From Bifidobacterium longum subsp. longum JCM 1217 (lineage in GTDB: Bacteria > Actinomycetota > Actinomycetes > Actinomycetales > Bifidobacteriaceae): a stretch of 32,000 nucleotides of DNA. Below the pieces are notes generated by a model, which was not told the DNA's origin, searched no databases, and worked only from the letters and a program-made list of their open reading frames with translations. Location of the stretch: contig NC_015067.1 in the NCBI RefSeq assembly GCF_000196555.1, forward strand, positions 1,680,001 through 1,712,000, read 5' to 3'. A program made the position numbers and the translations under genes. How positions within the stretch are numbered: position 1 is the stretch's first letter; each line of letters starts with the position of its first letter. Below, piece after piece: positions 9,901-17,726 of this stretch.

Positions 9901-10867
9901 AGTGCAGCTGCTTGCCGCCCTTGGTCTGACCGTTGTTGGTGAAGGTCCAGCCATCAGTGGGATCCTGCTGCCATGTGCCGTTCTGGTAGACGAACTTGTT
10001 GATGGAGCCAGGGCCCTTATCAGCGGTGTTGCCGAGCGTGGGGTTCAGATCGTTGTCGGCCGCCCACAGCACGCCTTGCTTGCCGTCTTTACCGGCTTCA
10101 TACACCAGACCAGACAGATTGCCGTCAGTGTGGTCGCCGCCTTGTCCTTTGGCGCCAAATTCGCCTTCGGCATCCACTGTGGTCACATCGGCCAATCCCG
10201 ACCATGCGTCCACGGTCATGGTCTCGCCGGCGGGCGGAGTCGGAGTCGGGTCATCGAACACGTTCTGTGCACCGGGCGTGGGCGTATCGGAAAGCGCGAA
10301 AGTGCCATCGTCCTTACGGGACCACGACTGACTGTCGCTCATCTTCTTCACGCCGGTTGTATCGGTATTCCATGACGTGGAATCCACCACATCGCTATCG
10401 GTAAAGTCGCCGCTGGTAGTGGTCAGATAGGCTTCGTCGGCATCGGAACCCAGGCCGGGCTCGGCCTTGTCGGGGTCGATGTATGCCACCAGATATCCGC
10501 CGGCTTTGATGACGGTGTCCGTATTCGTTACTTCGCTGGTGCCGATGGTGTAGTGCTTCTTGGCTTTCTTGCCGCTGTCGTAGATGCCCCAGCCCTTCAC
10601 GTCAACGTCTGTGGAGCCGGTGTTCTTGAGCTCGACCCAATCGCAACGCTTGCTATCCGGGTCTCCGGCAGCTTTCGTATTGCCGGCATAGACCTCGTTG
10701 ATGATTACGGATGGTTTGGCAGCCGTGTTCTGTTCGGCAGTGGCCTGCTGCTCGTCCGCAGCCGCAGCGGGCACGCCGATCAGGGCGATGCTGCTCAGTG
10801 TCACCGCAGCGGTGAGCAGCGCGATGGCGCGCCGCGACATCGCGGTGAAATTGTTGGTGTGGAACAT
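6932..10867 (-). CDS. Cell-surface multidomain protein: signal peptide, lamin-tail domain (LTD), beta-propeller-like region, bifunctional metallophosphatase/5'-nucleotidase, C-terminal anchor
   Basis: Start chosen at the ATG at 10867 (GGGAG ribosome-binding site; MFHTNNFTAMSRRAIALLTAAVTLSSIALIGVPAAAA). The LTD signature is VIINEVYAGN..CDWVELKNTGSTDVDVKGWGIYD. Metallophosphatase motifs are NFNDFHGR, SAGDNIGAS, GNHEFD and FTAHTHM. 5'-nucleotidase C-domain motifs are MGNLVADALL, NPGGLRAEF and FLLEGGDNF. The C-terminus is TANTG followed by a hydrophobic helix and KRHDAARK. Confidence 0.85.
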   Translation of the reverse strand: MFHTNNFTAMSRRAIALLTAAVTLSSIALIGVPAAAADEQQATAEQNTAAKPSVIINEVYAGNTKAAGDPDSKRCDWVELKNTGSTDVDVKGWGIYDSGKKAKKHYTIGTSEVTNTDTVIKAGGYLVAYIDPDKAEPGLGSDADEAYLTTTSGDFTDSDVVDSTSWNTDTTGVKKMSDSQSWSRKDDGTFALSDTPTPGAQNVFDDPTPTPPAGETMTVDAWSGLADVTTVDAEGEFGAKGQGGDHTDGNLSGLVYEAGKDGKQGVLWAADNDLNPTLGNTADKGPGSINKFVYQNGTWQQDPTDGWTFTNNGQTKGGKQLHFKDGKGGVDSEGITLINGDSSKGIFIGAERDNENKNVPRPSILQYDVTEKTTDANGDGAHDLNATHEWNLIAALTQFGVTLGHGADANLGVEGIAFIPDSVLTANGFQSNLDPKNVMTYDPDGFGNDFGGLFFAALEKTGHIYAFALQTVNDEDLVHPVADIDLPQSAVNAGYDGPRDLTWDAEHNQLLAQSDNDANTGAKIGTYEFKNGVLQLTKLTDTPDEIRTQNTEGFAITPDAEATKVVDGKVYKPVCWADDGVTNGHSLRMGYMATNQPVPASTTINLLNFNDFHGRIDKNLTVPFAATIEQLKGEYPDSSLLLSAGDNIGASLFNSSVQQDQPTIDVLNALGVKASAVGNHEFDQGYADLTDRVIGKEGARNAQWDYLGANVYKKGTTTPALPEYSIQEVNGVKVGIIGAVTQKTGTLVAPGGVKDIEFGDPVEAVNRVAKQLTDGDESNGEADVIVAEYHEGAASNEDDATAKPTLDEQKAASPVFKKIVDDTDAAVNVIFTAHTHMKYSYTDPAHNNRPIIQTGSYAANIGQVVLTYNTATGAVSYDKSGNTAVQVASQPADKNDPHYNDYAEYNDGLLAAANPTVAKVRDIVYQALKMADEKGGEKVGKVSADSTTAFKDGKRDDRASESTMGNLVADALLDSLKGEDRGAAEIGVVNPGGLRAEFCKSGTNDACTLDADGNITYAQANAVLPFLNNLWTTTLTGAQFKEALEQQWQTNADGSTPSRAYLQLGLSHNVSYTYDPDAAQGHHITSVTVNGEPLDLKRNYRIGSFSFLLEGGDNFRAFAQGTNTKDTGLVDRDAWIDYLKDNNPVAPRYDRRAVAVTGIPTGAVKAGGSFTLHFSKLTLTSLGVPDETKLTATIGEQVVGEAQVANGDTAELKVTIPAGTKTGDISLTVTGATNKTTVALPVAVTGVSTGTDDKDNGNHSGSVNANGSTKPQQTEHTANTGASVALVVVLATLFAAGGVTIVVKRHDAARK

Positions 10868-11019
10868 TACTCCCGTTCCTTCCTCGGGTTGTGCCGCCGC
10901 AGCATGATGCTCTTCGGCGGATGACACCCCGAGGGTATGAGAGAGAAATGAAGCCGACACCGTATGAAGGCAAACTCGGCAGATCTCCAAACTGAACTTT
11001 GGCTGAATTACTGCTGAAG

Positions 11020-12540
11020 CTAGTTCTTGGATTTGCGTCGAACCGTCCGTATTCCGCCGACAATCGCGATTACAGCGGTACCGATAGCTACGCTGATCAA
11101 CGCCGGTCGTTGCGCGGCATGGAGGGTGGCGAGATCCGGTCCGGCCGCAATGGCACTGTTTTCACCCGCCGAGCTATCCGACGCCGGGTGATTGCCCGCG
11201 TCGGTGTACTGGGCATTGACCACACTCGGGCCGGTAAGCGCCACTTGGTCGGCGGTCTCGACCTTGGCCACATCGCCGTGCTTATCCAAGGTGACGCGGG
11301 CGCACAGGGCTTTGGCCCAGTTGATACGCTGCCAGCCGTCGCTCGATTGCCATAGGGGGTATCCGGAATCCAAGGCAGTGGCTTTCAAAATCGCGTTGCG
11401 CTGATCGGCGTGCAGTTCGGGATAGGCCAGTCGCAGCACGTCCGCCGCCCCGCGCGGTGCCACGAAATCAGCGCCGGACTGGGCGGTGTCTTGCGGGAAG
11501 GTGTAGGTCAGGCGTGCGGTGTAGACGCGCACGGCCGAGGCCTGGTCCGCGACCGGCTCGGTGGCCACCGGGTCCAGAAAATCGTTGGTGTAGCCGCCCG
11601 AACCGGAGGCCTTGGTGTTGGCGATGCAGGCGGCGAGGGTAGTGCCGTGGCCGTCCGCGGCGCAGCGGGACACCAGATAGTCCCGCAGCTGCCGGGACGC
11701 GGGCACGATGGACGAAGCGAATTCGTTATGCCAGTACTGCCCGTTCTGGGCGGATGCGCCAATGCGCCCGCCCATGATGTCAAGCGGATAATGCACGCCG
11801 AGCACGATGCGGTTGTTGCCGGCCTCCGAAGTGCGGGCCATGATTTGCGGCGCGAGTTCGGGAATCATGCCGGCCAGCGCGATACCCCACGAATAGGCGC
11901 CGGTAGTGTGGCCGGAGGGGTAGGAACTGTTTTTCTGCAAGTTCGAGTAGCCGGGCACGTGTTCGAGCCATGAGGGTGATTGCTTGATGTCAAGCGTGGC
12001 GGGCAGTCCGGCGAGATCGTTAGTGCCGCCGTAGCTGCTTTCCGCACGGTTCAGATAGGGGCGCGGATGCATGGCCGCACGTTTTGAGGCGTAGGTGGAG
12101 GCCACGTTAAAGGAGAAGATATCGGCGACGGCGTTGAGTTTCCCGGATTTGAGCCCTTCGCTCATATATTTGCCAAGCACCGGACCGAGCGCGTCCGGCA
12201 TGGCTTCCTCGGCTTGCAGATCGGAGTCGACGAGCGCACGCTTGCGTTGGGCGTTCAGGCCATCCTTATCGAGATTTTCGGCGGCTTTGTGGTTAATTGC
12301 CACGGCCAAATCTTCGTCGAGTTTCATTGTATCGGCGTCGAGCACCTTGCCACCGTGTTCGGCATCGGTGGGGGCCTGCCAATAGTTCTTTTCGTAGTCG
12401 GAGAGCAATGCCACCCAATCCGGGTTGGGCAGCTGGTCGGCCTGTGCGATTGCAGGCGTCACGGCTAGCGTGGCCGCCAACGCCAGCGGCGCAATGGTCG
12501 CAATAGCAAAAACGGAGGATAGGTGCCGGAACATCTTCAT
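11020..12540 (-). CDS. Secreted, membrane-anchored PAP2-family (class A type) acid phosphatase
   Basis: The three PAP2 motifs are present: KRAAMHPRPY (KX6RP), YPSGHT (PSGH) and NRIVLGVHYPLD (SRX5HX3D). The N-terminal signal peptide is FAIATIAPLALAATLAVTPAIAQA. A C-terminal TM helix is followed by RRKSKN. The track start at 12549 is a TTG, and the ATG at 12540 downstream of GGAGGA is preferred. Confidence 0.85.
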   Translation of the reverse strand: MKMFRHLSSVFAIATIAPLALAATLAVTPAIAQADQLPNPDWVALLSDYEKNYWQAPTDAEHGGKVLDADTMKLDEDLAVAINHKAAENLDKDGLNAQRKRALVDSDLQAEEAMPDALGPVLGKYMSEGLKSGKLNAVADIFSFNVASTYASKRAAMHPRPYLNRAESSYGGTNDLAGLPATLDIKQSPSWLEHVPGYSNLQKNSSYPSGHTTGAYSWGIALAGMIPELAPQIMARTSEAGNNRIVLGVHYPLDIMGGRIGASAQNGQYWHNEFASSIVPASRQLRDYLVSRCAADGHGTTLAACIANTKASGSGGYTNDFLDPVATEPVADQASAVRVYTARLTYTFPQDTAQSGADFVAPRGAADVLRLAYPELHADQRNAILKATALDSGYPLWQSSDGWQRINWAKALCARVTLDKHGDVAKVETADQVALTGPSVVNAQYTDAGNHPASDSSAGENSAIAAGPDLATLHAAQRPALISVAIGTAVIAIVGGIRTVRRKSKN

Positions 12541-12637
12541 ATGTTCCAACCTATCCTCCGTGAAGGCTACGTAGCCGGAGCCCAGTCAAACACTCAGTAA
12601 ATTCTTCGTGCCGGCTTAGCGGCGATTGAGCTGACTG

Positions 12638-13738
12638 TCAGGCCTCTGGCTTGTCCTCAGGCTTTTGAGACTCCTGGAATTCGCCGGTTTCCGGGTCAAC
12701 CTGTGACTCGGGCTGGGTGGCGTCATATCCCTGTTCGTAGCGGGTGCGCCGCCAGTTGCGAATCGAGGCGTTGGTGCCACGGTGATGCACATGGTATTTG
12801 CGCGGCGTACCGCCCAGCGGCAGCTCTTCGACCTCCTTGGCCACAGCGATCTGGTTGACATTGGACGGGTCGCCGGCGGCGATCGGCGCCAGCGGCTCGG
12901 GTTCGGCGGGTGCGGCCGTACGCTGCTGCATGCGCGAGGGCAGCCATTCGGCGAGCCTCGACAACAGCCAGCAGGCGATGAAGTAAATCACCGCGGCCAT
13001 GACCAGCGTCTGCAGGATGTTGAAGTACATCGAGCCGAGTCGGCGCGATTCCTGCAGCAGGTCGGTATACATGATGATCGAGCCTAGGGCGGTGTCCTTC
13101 AACACCACGACCAGCTGGGTGACGGCGGCCGGCAGCATGGCGTAGACGGCCTGCGGCACCTCGATCTCCATCAGCGACTGCGTTTCGGTCAGGCCCAAAG
13201 CGAGCGAGGCCTCACGCTGGCCGCCCGGCAGATTGCCGACGCCGGAGCGCACCAGTTCGGCGACCACCGAACCGTTGTACAGCACCAAGGCCAGCACCAC
13301 GGCCCAATAGGACGGGCTGGGCAGGCCCGCGAACGCGAACCATCGCCAGAAGAAAATCATGAGCAGCAGCACGGGAACCGCACGGCAGAACTCGACGATC
13401 ACGGCGGAGACGCCACGTACCAACGGGTTCGGCAGCAGTCGGCCCACGCCGAACACCAAGCCGAACACCACGGCACCCACCACGGCCACGATGGTGGCCT
13501 TGATGGTCATCCACAGTCCGGGCAGGTAGAAGTCGGTCCACGCCTCTCGTTCGACGGCGGGCTTCCACAGCTCCCAGCTGAGCTGGTTCTCGCCGTCCGG
13601 CGGGTTGTGCAGGCGCATGAGGATAAGCACGAGCACCACCGCGAACAGAATGCCCGCGATCCAGTTGACGATGCGAATGGTGCGCCGGCCCTTGGGACCG
13701 GGCGCGTCGAACAGCACGGAATTCGAAGTATCGGCCAT
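12638..13738 (-). CDS. gluD: Glutamate/polar amino-acid ABC transporter permease with a 97-aa hydrophilic C-terminal tail
   Basis: The true start is ATG 13736-13738 (MADTSNSVLFD), preceded by AAGGAGG. The track ORF extends to 14347 only through a shadow frame over gluC. The HisM/GluD-type permease core contains the EAA-like loop SLALGLTETQSLMEIEVPQA. Confidence 0.85.
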   Translation of the reverse strand: MADTSNSVLFDAPGPKGRRTIRIVNWIAGILFAVVLVLILMRLHNPPDGENQLSWELWKPAVEREAWTDFYLPGLWMTIKATIVAVVGAVVFGLVFGVGRLLPNPLVRGVSAVIVEFCRAVPVLLLMIFFWRWFAFAGLPSPSYWAVVLALVLYNGSVVAELVRSGVGNLPGGQREASLALGLTETQSLMEIEVPQAVYAMLPAAVTQLVVVLKDTALGSIIMYTDLLQESRRLGSMYFNILQTLVMAAVIYFIACWLLSRLAEWLPSRMQQRTAAPAEPEPLAPIAAGDPSNVNQIAVAKEVEELPLGGTPRKYHVHHRGTNASIRNWRRTRYEQGYDATQPESQVDPETGEFQESQKPEDKPEA

Positions 13739-13743
13739 ATCCG

Positions 13744-14421
13744 TCACCTCCTTACGGCGAGTTTGTTGGACAGGTACGTGGTGAGCATGCCGATGGGGAT
13801 GATCAGGATCACGTAGCCGAGCGCGAAGATCAGGAAGATTTGGATGATCACGTCGGGACGGAATTCGATCATCTCGCTCATCAGCGAGGATGTTTCGGTG
13901 GCCACGGATGCGGCGGCGGCCACGGTGGAGTTCTTGAGCAGGGCGATCAGCGTGTTGCCGAGCGGTGCCACGGAGCCTCGGAAGGCCTGCGGCAGAATGA
14001 TCTCGGTGGCGGACTGCATGAAGCCCAAGCCCAGCGCTCGTGCGGCCTCGGCCTGGCCAATCGGCACGGTGTTGATGCCCGAACGCAGAGATTCGCACAC
14101 GAACGCCGCCGTGTACAGGCTCAGGCCGGTGACCGCGAGCCAGAAGAAGTTCGTGGTGAAGGTGTCGGAGAAGCTGAGCTTCAGCTGCGCGTAGGCACCC
14201 AGCACCATGAACACCATGATGATGGTCAGCGGCAGGTTCTTGAACAGTTCCACATACGCACCGGCCACGGCCCTGAGCGAGGAAATCGGCGAGATGCGCA
14301 TCACCACAAGGATCACGCCGAGGATCAGGGAGAACAGGGCGGACCATAGGGTCAGTTCGATATTGACCAGAAACGCGCCGAGCACGTCATACTGGCTGAA
14401 GAGTTCCAGGAATCCGCTCAT
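13744..14421 (-). CDS. gluC: Glutamate/polar amino-acid ABC transporter permease
   Basis: 225-aa polytopic permease with the EAA loop EAARALGLGFMQSATEIILPQA. Its ATG overlaps the gluB stop (ATGA at 14419-14423). Confidence 0.9.
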   Translation of the reverse strand: MSGFLELFSQYDVLGAFLVNIELTLWSALFSLILGVILVVMRISPISSLRAVAGAYVELFKNLPLTIIMVFMVLGAYAQLKLSFSDTFTTNFFWLAVTGLSLYTAAFVCESLRSGINTVPIGQAEAARALGLGFMQSATEIILPQAFRGSVAPLGNTLIALLKNSTVAAAASVATETSSLMSEMIEFRPDVIIQIFLIFALGYVILIIPIGMLTTYLSNKLAVRR

Positions 14422-15260
14422 CAGGCCTCCTCTCCTTCGTCCGGGGTGGGCGGGTTGTAGCGTACGTCGGGCGTGTAGTTGGTGCCCTTGGTGTTATCGC
14501 TGATGGCGTTCTCCCACGAGCCGTCCTGAATCATGTCCACGATGGCGTTGTTGATTTTGGTGGCCAGCTGCGTATCGCCCTTCTTGATGCCCACGCCGTA
14601 GTATTCCTGCGTGAACGGTTTGCCGACCACCTTGAGCTTGCCGCGCGAGGCGGAGGCCAGGCCGGCCAGGATGATGTCGTCGGTGGTTACCGCGTCCACG
14701 ATGCCGGAGAACAGGGCGGTGGCGCATTCGGCGTAACCGGGCTGTTCCATGAGCTGGACTTCGGAGGCGAACTTCTCCTTGACGGTGGCGGCCGAGGTCG
14801 AACCGGTGACGGAGCATAGGCGCTTGCCGTTCAGGTCTTCGGGGCCGTTGATGGAGTTGTCGTCCTTGCGCACGAGCAGATCCTGTCCGGCCACGAAGTA
14901 CGGGCCAGCGAAGGAGACGGCCTTCTTGCGCTCGTCGGTGATGGAGTAGGTGGCGAGGATCATGTCCACGTCGCCGTTCTGAATCATGGCCTCACGCTGC
15001 TTGGAGGGGGCTTCCTTCCATATGATCTGGTCTTCGGAATAGCCGAGTTTCTTGGCGACGTATTTGGCCACGTCCACGTCGAAGCCCACGTAGGTGCCGG
15101 ACTTCTTGAAGCCCAGGCCGGGCTGGTCGAATTTGATGCCGATGCGGATCTTGCCGGTTTCGTCCGCGCCGCAGGCGGCCAGCGACATTGTGCAGGCCAC
15201 GGCGGCGAGCGCGGCGATCACGCGGCAAGCCTTCCGTTTGAACGTATTGGTGAATGTCAT
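14421..15260 (-). CDS. gluB: Glutamate/polar amino-acid ABC transporter substrate-binding lipoprotein
   Basis: Start set at the ATG at 15260: MTFTNTFKRKACRVIAALAAVACTMSLAACG, with lipobox LAAC. The body is a family-3 solute-binding fold (GIKFDQPGLGFK.., DMILATYSITDERK, GVGIKKGD). Confidence 0.88.
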   Translation of the reverse strand: MTFTNTFKRKACRVIAALAAVACTMSLAACGADETGKIRIGIKFDQPGLGFKKSGTYVGFDVDVAKYVAKKLGYSEDQIIWKEAPSKQREAMIQNGDVDMILATYSITDERKKAVSFAGPYFVAGQDLLVRKDDNSINGPEDLNGKRLCSVTGSTSAATVKEKFASEVQLMEQPGYAECATALFSGIVDAVTTDDIILAGLASASRGKLKVVGKPFTQEYYGVGIKKGDTQLATKINNAIVDMIQDGSWENAISDNTKGTNYTPDVRYNPPTPDEGEEA

Positions 15261-15291
15261 TGGATTACGTACCCGTCTTTCAGTGGGTTCG

Positions 15292-16134
15292 TCAGTGGGT
15301 GAGGATCTTCGAGAGGAAGTCCTTGGCACGGTCGGTCTGCGGATGCTCGAAGAACTCGTCGGGCGTGTTCTCTTCGAGAATCTGGCCGTCCGCCATGAAG
15401 ACGATGCGGTCGGCGGCCTTGCGCGCGAAGCCCATCTCGTGGGTCACGCAGATCATCGTCATGCCTTCATGCGCGAGTTCGACCATCACGTCGAGCACTT
15501 CGTTGACCATTTCCGGGTCGAGTGCGGAGGTGGGCTCGTCGAACAGCATGACCTTGGGGCGCATGGCGAGCGCGCGGGCGATGGCCACACGCTGCTGCTG
15601 GCCGCCGGAGAGCTGGGAGGGCATCTTGCTGGCCTGGGAGTCGACGCCCACGCGGGCGAGCAGGTCCATGGCCAGTTGCTCGGCTTCCTTCTTGTCCATG
15701 TGACGCACCTTGATGAGGGCCAGCGTCACGTTTTCAAGAATGGTTTTGTTGGCGAACAGGTTGAACGACTGGAATACCATGCCAACTTCGGCCCTGAGGT
15801 TCGCGAGCTCCTTGCCTTCCTGTGGCAGGGGCTTGCCGTCGATGCGGATGTCGCCGGAATCGATGGTCTCGAGGCGATTGATGGTGCGGCACATCGTGGA
15901 CTTGCCTGAGCCGGACGGGCCCACGACCACCAGCACCTCACCCTTGGCGACGGTCAGGTTGATGTCCTTGAGGACGTGCAAAGCACCGAAGTGCTTTTCG
16001 ACGTGGGTCAGTTCGACTAGCGGACGGTTCGGGTCCTCTTTGCCGGGAACCAGCGGGGTCAATTTGGCCTTGCTTGGTGATGTTGTGCTTGTCGTGCGCG
16101 AACGCACTGCTGTTTCATTGTTCGTTTCAGACAT
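15292..16134 (-). CDS. gluA: Glutamate/polar amino-acid ABC transporter ATP-binding protein
   Basis: Walker [11 protein letters not shown]-loop, signature [15 protein letters not shown], Walker [13 protein letters not shown] and H-loop VTHEMGF. The order gluA-B-C-D matches the Corynebacterium-type glutamate uptake operon. The roughly 40-aa Ser/Thr-rich N-terminal leader and the lack of an SD make the exact start uncertain. Confidence 0.9.
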   Translation of the reverse strand: MSETNNETAVRSRTTSTTSPSKAKLTPLVPGKEDPNRPLVELTHVEKHFGALHVLKDINLTVAKGEVLVVVGPSGSGKSTMCRTINRLETIDSGDIRIDGKPLPQEGKELANLRAEVGMVFQSFNLFANKTILENVTLALIKVRHMDKKEAEQLAMDLLARVGVDSQASKMPSQLSGGQQQRVAIARALAMRPKVMLFDEPTSALDPEMVNEVLDVMVELAHEGMTMICVTHEMGFARKAADRIVFMADGQILEENTPDEFFEHPQTDRAKDFLSKILTH

Positions 16135-16200
16135 GAGTGGGAGGATAACACACCGACGTTTCCAACGTGTTCACAGTATGTCCACACAGTTGCTCAGTCG

Positions 16201-16518
16201 ATGTCTCATTTCCGCATCAGACATCGTGAAGGCGGCATTGGGCATCGGCATACATTCTCGCTGAGTCGCGCATCGCTCGGCGTCTGCTGTGCGCTGATTG
16301 CCTGCTGCGTGGTGGCCGAGACGTTGCTGCGACGGCAAAGCGGGCACGTGTTGTCCTATCTGCTGATTCCATGTTTGGCCTTGGTGTCGTTGGCGTTGCT
16401 GCCGTGTATGCCGCAGTCGGGCGCATGGCTGGCGGTCACTTTGTATTGTGTGGGGCTGGTCTCGCCGTTTCCCATGTCGTATTCGTATAAATGCGCTAGG
16501 CATTTTGAGCGTGGCTAG
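16201..16518 (+). CDS. Hypothetical small Cys-rich membrane protein (3 predicted hydrophobic segments) or relic of a larger membrane protein
   Basis: 105-aa ORF with segments LGVCCALIACCVVAETLL, VLSYLLIPCLALVSLALLPCM and AWLAVTLYCVGLVSPF. Third codon positions are G-rich. There is no SD and no recognisable family. Confidence 0.25.
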   Translation: MSHFRIRHREGGIGHRHTFSLSRASLGVCCALIACCVVAETLLRRQSGHVLSYLLIPCLALVSLALLPCMPQSGAWLAVTLYCVGLVSPFPMSYSYKCARHFERG

Positions 16519-16569
16519 CTGTTCGCACACGATGAGTGCTGTTATACGGTGGACGACACTCCCGAAGCG

Positions 16570-16615
16570 CGGTGGATAACCGGGCGCGGCACACGATATG
16601 CCGGTGGATAACCGG
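16570..16615. promoter_or_regulatory. Two identical 14-bp dyad sites CGGTGGATAACCGG (CCGGT-N5-ACCGG type), 32 bp apart, 55-100 bp upstream of the DUF559 gene
   Basis: Exact copies at 16570-16583 and 16602-16615. Each is internally palindromic (CGGT..ACCG). Confidence 0.35.
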
Positions 16616-16670
16616 TTCGCGCCGCTTAAGTTATTCCCATTTTTCGGTTTTGCCCCTGTGCCACCGTGGA

Positions 16671-17726
16671 ATGCGCTACGCTCGGCGCATGAACGGATAC
16701 AGCGAAGTGCCGCACAATGGCGAAATCAACAACTATCTGCGCAAAGATCTTGACGCCAAAGCCACGGCCAAGAACACGGCCTGTTGGAATCTGCTGGGCA
16801 AAGTGCGCACGAAACGCACGTTGTGTTTCTCGCTGTATACCGCATTGGAATTATGCGGCGTGGAGTTGCCGAGGCACAGCACGTTGCCGCAGAAGGATTT
16901 TTATGTGACGGTGAGGAGCAAGGGGACCCGCTCTTCATTGGACAATGTCGACTATCGCATATGGAATGCAAAGTTCAACAGTATCGTTTTCTCAAACGGC
17001 GTAACCTGCATGCATCCCATGGATGCATGGATACAGTTTGCCCAATATCTCAACCTCACTGAATTAGTGGTGCTGGCTGAAGCGCTCATCAGACGTTATG
17101 GATATGCCATTGAACAATTCACTCAACGACTAACGGCCTTTCACCGCGTTATTGGCCGTGCGCGTTGTGAGGCGGCGCTGAAGCTCGTAAAACCATCGGA
17201 TTCCGTTCAGGAAACTCGTACACGCTTGGCGCTTATGCTTTTCGGCCTGCCCATACCGCAAACACAATATGGCATTACCGATTCAGAGAACGGATACACC
17301 TACACCGTTGACATGGCTTATCCACAATACAAAGTCGCTATTGAATATGATGGCGATCATCACCGTCGCTTCCGCAAACAATATGTGCGGGACCAGCAAA
17401 AACGTCGACGTCTGCGGCAATTGGGCTGGACCGTCATCGAGGTGTTCGCCGATGACCTGTGGAACACCGCCAAACAACGTGCCTTCGCACAAGAGGTTGC
17501 CACCGCGATGCAAATACCGCTTCCTGGCCGTCCTCAACCTTCATGCCGGGTATTAATAGACGGCAGCCTACCATCAATGCGCGCAAAGGGGAATACAGGA
17601 GGCGGAAACAAGCAAAACACAACAAAGCATCACAACATTGATCAAATACGGAGTTGCGATCGCTCCTCATGGGGCGGTAATTTGCCCATGGGGCGGTTTG
17701 AAGAAATTGTGAAACCGCGGAATTAA
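16671..17726 (+). CDS. DUF559-type (Vsr/PD-(D/E)xK endonuclease-like) domain protein with an uncharacterised N-terminal region
   Basis: The C-terminal module is DMAYPQYKVAIEYDGDHHRRFRKQYVRDQQKRRRLRQLGWTVIEVFADDLW, typical of DUF559. The start is ATG 16671 or 16689, and the track start 16536 is a GTG in non-protein-like sequence. The last roughly 20 codons run into the 19-bp repeat array, so the true stop may be effectively arbitrary. The gene is visibly AT-richer than its flanks. Confidence 0.7.
   Translation: MRYARRMNGYSEVPHNGEINNYLRKDLDAKATAKNTACWNLLGKVRTKRTLCFSLYTALELCGVELPRHSTLPQKDFYVTVRSKGTRSSLDNVDYRIWNAKFNSIVFSNGVTCMHPMDAWIQFAQYLNLTELVVLAEALIRRYGYAIEQFTQRLTAFHRVIGRARCEAALKLVKPSDSVQETRTRLALMLFGLPIPQTQYGITDSENGYTYTVDMAYPQYKVAIEYDGDHHRRFRKQYVRDQQKRRRLRQLGWTVIEVFADDLWNTAKQRAFAQEVATAMQIPLPGRPQPSCRVLIDGSLPSMRAKGNTGGGNKQNTTKHHNIDQIRSCDRSSWGGNLPMGRFEEIVKPRN

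Noticed and set aside
13739-14347. N-terminal 203 codons of the 569-aa track ORF 12638..14347
   Set aside because: This part overlaps gluC in another frame and is His/Arg/Pro-rich nonsense. A strong AAGGAGG ribosome-binding site and an ATG at 13738 start a normal permease sequence.
16171-16530. 119-aa minus-strand ORF opposite the small membrane ORF
   Set aside because: The translation is Arg/Gln/His-rich and non-protein-like. The plus-strand frame at least shows coherent hydrophobic segments.
16570-16615. DnaA boxes or a replication origin (GGTGGATAA is the complement of TTATCCACC, one mismatch from TTATCCACA)
   Set aside because: There are only two boxes, embedded in a longer dyad. No AT-rich unwinding element and no dnaA or dnaN neighbourhood is present. 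They are better explained as an operator for the adjacent gene.
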